Source: Naegleria gruberi (lineage: Eukaryota). Taken from it: a DNA stretch of 1,006 nucleotides. The notes below the pieces were generated by a model that was not told where the DNA came from, searched no databases, and saw only the letters and a program-made list of their open reading frames with translations. Below, in pieces: positions 1 to 1,006 of this stretch (position 1 is its first letter; each line of letters starts with the position of its first letter). Location: the NCBI GenBank assembly GCA_000004985.1, contig GG739622.1; one strand, 5' to 3'. A program made the position numbers and the translations under genes.

Positions 1-95
1 CATTCACAGATCCAAAACCTATTAATAATAATATACACATCATTGCTAATAAACCTATTGTACAATATTTAATCTCCCGATGATTGCACCATGAT

Positions 96-149
96 GATAA
101 AGTGTGGTGTGACAATGTTGATGATCTCATTTTTTTTATATTTTGATAA
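96..149 (+). promoter_or_regulatory. Two same-orientation GATAA motifs (96-100 and 145-149), possible GATA-factor sites.
   Basis: GATAA is the core recognised by fungal GATA zinc-finger regulators. Such 5-mers are frequent by chance in AT-rich DNA. Confidence 0.15.
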
Positions 150-164
150 TTATTGAATTTTTTT
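130..164. promoter_or_regulatory. Poly(dA:dT) tracts (T8 at 130-137, T7 at 158-164) flanking a TATA-like string TATATTTT (137-144). They are candidate nucleosome-excluding or core-promoter elements.
   Basis: The homopolymeric T runs and the TATA-like octamer are present in the sequence. Their distance from the ATG (about 300 bp) is long for a yeast TATA box, so assigning them to the core promoter is weak. Confidence 0.3.
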
Positions 165-191
165 ATTAATAATAAATAAAAGATCAAAAGG

Positions 192-205
192 CAAACACGT
201 GTTTG
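192..205. promoter_or_regulatory. Perfect 14-bp palindrome CAAACACGTGTTTG with a core E-box CACGTG (196-201). It is a candidate bHLH factor site of the Cbf1/Pho4/Tye7 class.
   Basis: The sequence equals its own reverse complement over 14 bp. CACGTG is the canonical E-box bound by fungal bHLH factors. It lies about 265 bp upstream of the ATG. Confidence 0.4.
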
Positions 206-256
206 AATGAAGATGTGGTAATCTTAAATTCAAAGAAAAAGGAGCTTGTGAGTTCA

Positions 257-272
257 TACTTTCTTACTTTCT
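257..272 (+). repeat. Tandem direct repeat (TACTTTCT)x2.
   Basis: Exact 8-mer duplication at 257-264 and 265-272. Confidence 0.5.
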
Positions 273-284
273 ATTGTTTTAATT

Positions 285-386
285 ATGAAATGCAAGAAAT
301 TCCAATCAAAACTTTTCAAACGCACCAATAATTACAAGCTTCCGAAAATTGTGCTCACGATCAACGTGCTATTCGGAAGTCGTTAA
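285..386 (+). other. Possible upstream ORF of 33 codons (MKCKKFQSKLFKRTNNYKLPKIVLTINVLFGSR), which matters only if the transcript leader extends this far.
   Basis: ATG at 285-287 with an in-frame TAA at 384-386. It overlaps the 340-378 symmetric element and the transcription start site is unknown. Confidence 0.12.
340..378. promoter_or_regulatory. Everted 7-bp repeat TTCCGAA (340-346) / TTCGGAA (372-378) enclosing a nested GTGCT direct repeat (351-355, 366-370) and CACG/CGTG (356-359, 365-368). It is a candidate dimeric transcription-factor site, possibly of the zinc-cluster CCG/CGG type, or an RNA hairpin.
   Basis: The two 7-mers are exact reverse complements separated by 25 nt. CCG (342-344) and CGG (374-376) triplets are the half-sites used by Zn2Cys6 factors, but the 29-nt spacing between the triplets is non-canonical. 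Confidence 0.25.
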
Positions 387-460
387 GCCACAATCAACAT
401 TAGCTTTCACTTTCTCATAAAAACAAATATCACAACTTGTCCTTCACAATCTCTATTAAA

Positions 461-1006
461 ATGTCTTCCACTTTTAATACAATCCTCGTTACTGGTGCTT
501 CTAGAGGTATTGGCTTTGAACTTACTCAACAATTATTAGATTCCAATCCAAATAGAATTGTCTATGCAACATCAAGATCATCCTCCGAAGATCTTGTTAA
601 ATTGCAAGAAAAAGTTGGTGCTAAAAGATTGATCATTGAACAATTGGATGTTAATAATGATGAGTCTATTGATCAATTAGTACAAAAGCTCAAAGATCAA
701 AATGTTAAGATTGATGTATTGGTTAACAATGCTGGATCTGCTGGTAATGGAGCTGATTCAGTTCTTACTGCCACAAGAGAATCTGTCTCTGCCTTGTTGC
801 AAACTAATACTCTTTCACCATTGATTGTTGCTCAAAAGTTCTATAACAATCATCTCATTAACGAAAATGGTTTGGTTGCCAATATTTCCAGTATTCTTGG
901 ATCTATTTCCAATGTCTACAGTCATTCAGCACCTTATGGAAGTTATGGTATTTCTAAATCTGCTTTGAACATGGTCACCAAACTTTCAAGTGTTTCATTT
1001 ACTGAA
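461..1006 (+). CDS. Short-chain dehydrogenase/reductase (SDR), C-factor/sniffer-like carbonyl reductase. The CDS is 5'-complete and 3'-truncated by the window edge, with roughly 60-80 codons expected beyond.
   Basis: ATG at 461 is the first in-frame ATG after an in-frame TAG at 401-403, and there are no stops through 1006 (182 codons, ending on a codon boundary). Translation: MSSTFNTILVTGASRGIGFELTQQLLDSNPNRIVYATSRSSSEDLVKLQEKVGAKRLIIEQLDVNNDESIDQLVQKLKDQNVKIDVLVNNAGSAGNGADSVLTATRESVSALLQTNTLSPLIVAQKFYNNHLINENGLVANISSILGSISNVYSHSAPYGSYGISKSALNMVTKLSSVSFTE. Motifs: Rossmann cofactor motif TGASRGIG (nt 491-514), NNAG (725-736), LQTNT, NISSILGS, and catalytic Tyr162/Lys166 in YGISKSALN (944-958). 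From memory, these blocks line up with Drosophila sniffer and Myxococcus CsgA-type SDRs. The start context is AAAATGTCT with yeast-preferred codons. Confidence 0.9.
   Translation, partial: MSSTFNTILVTGASRGIGFELTQQLLDSNPNRIVYATSRSSSEDLVKLQEKVGAKRLIIEQLDVNNDESIDQLVQKLKDQNVKIDVLVNNAGSAGNGADSVLTATRESVSALLQTNTLSPLIVAQKFYNNHLINENGLVANISSILGSISNVYSHSAPYGSYGISKSALNMVTKLSSVSFTE

Larger units (their letters stand above)
1..460. promoter_or_regulatory. AT-rich intergenic region: promoter plus 5' leader of the SDR gene.
   Basis: There is no convincing ORF on either strand, only low-complexity short open frames. The AT content is very high, with poly(dT) tracts and TATA-like strings. The last ~80 nt before the ATG (381-460) contain only 4 G residues, which is typical of yeast 5' UTRs. 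Confidence 0.6.

Noticed and set aside
91-162. Short plus-strand ORF atgatgataaag... of 23 codons, and a tiny ATG-AAG-ATG-TGG-TAA frame at 207-221.
   Set aside because: Far too short, low complexity and without favourable context, so they are chance ATGs in the promoter.
48-180. AATAAA hexamers (48-53, 171-176, 175-180) and ATATACA (31-37) as possible polyadenylation or 3'-end signals of an upstream gene.
   Set aside because: These strings are expected by chance at this AT content, and no upstream ORF end is visible in the window to anchor them.
2-223. Minus-strand open frame of about 74 codons running off the left edge, with ATG equivalents at plus-strand positions 128-130, 41-43 and 38-40.
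   Set aside because: The translation is low-complexity AT-codon filler (LLLIKKFNNYQNIKKM and similar). Open minus-strand frames arise easily in AT-rich DNA because stops there require TTA, CTA or TCA on the plus strand. There are no recognisable motifs.
248-296. GTGAGT (248-253) resembling a 5' splice donor, with downstream CAAG, as a possible 5'-UTR intron.
   Set aside because: No TACTAAC-like branch point lies between them, the CDS needs no intron, and budding yeasts strongly prefer GTATGT donors.
340-378. TTCCGAA / TTCGGAA as heat-shock elements (nGAAn/nTTCn units).
   Set aside because: Heat-shock elements need alternating GAA/TTC units at 2-nt spacing (TTCnnGAAnnTTC). Here TTC and GAA are separated by a single base, so the element does not fit that geometry.

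Overview
This window reads as an ordinary eukaryotic locus, most likely from a budding yeast (Saccharomycotina). A roughly 460-bp AT-rich intergenic region and promoter sits upstream of the 5' part of one plus-strand gene. The ORF starts at ATG 461 and runs without a stop to the window edge at 1006 (182 codons, 3'-truncated). It encodes a short-chain dehydrogenase/reductase (SDR) of the C-factor/'sniffer'-like carbonyl-reductase subgroup. The supporting motifs are the cofactor-binding motif TGASRGIG, NNAG, an NISS active-site serine region and the catalytic Y-x3-K (YGISK), followed by SALN. Codon usage is strongly yeast-like: all five Arg codons are AGA, Gly is mostly GGT, Leu is TTG/TTA/CTT/CTC with no CTG, and the ATG sits in an AAAATGTCT context. 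The upstream region contains a perfect 14-bp palindrome centred on an E-box (CACGTG), a 39-bp symmetric element bounded by the reverse-complementary 7-mers TTCCGAA and TTCGGAA, two poly(dT) tracts, two GATAA motifs and a G-depleted leader. I see no RNA genes, mobile elements, CRISPR repeats or prokaryotic-style operon structure. I also see no positive evidence of a novel multi-gene system here. The most check-worthy items are the two palindromic promoter elements.
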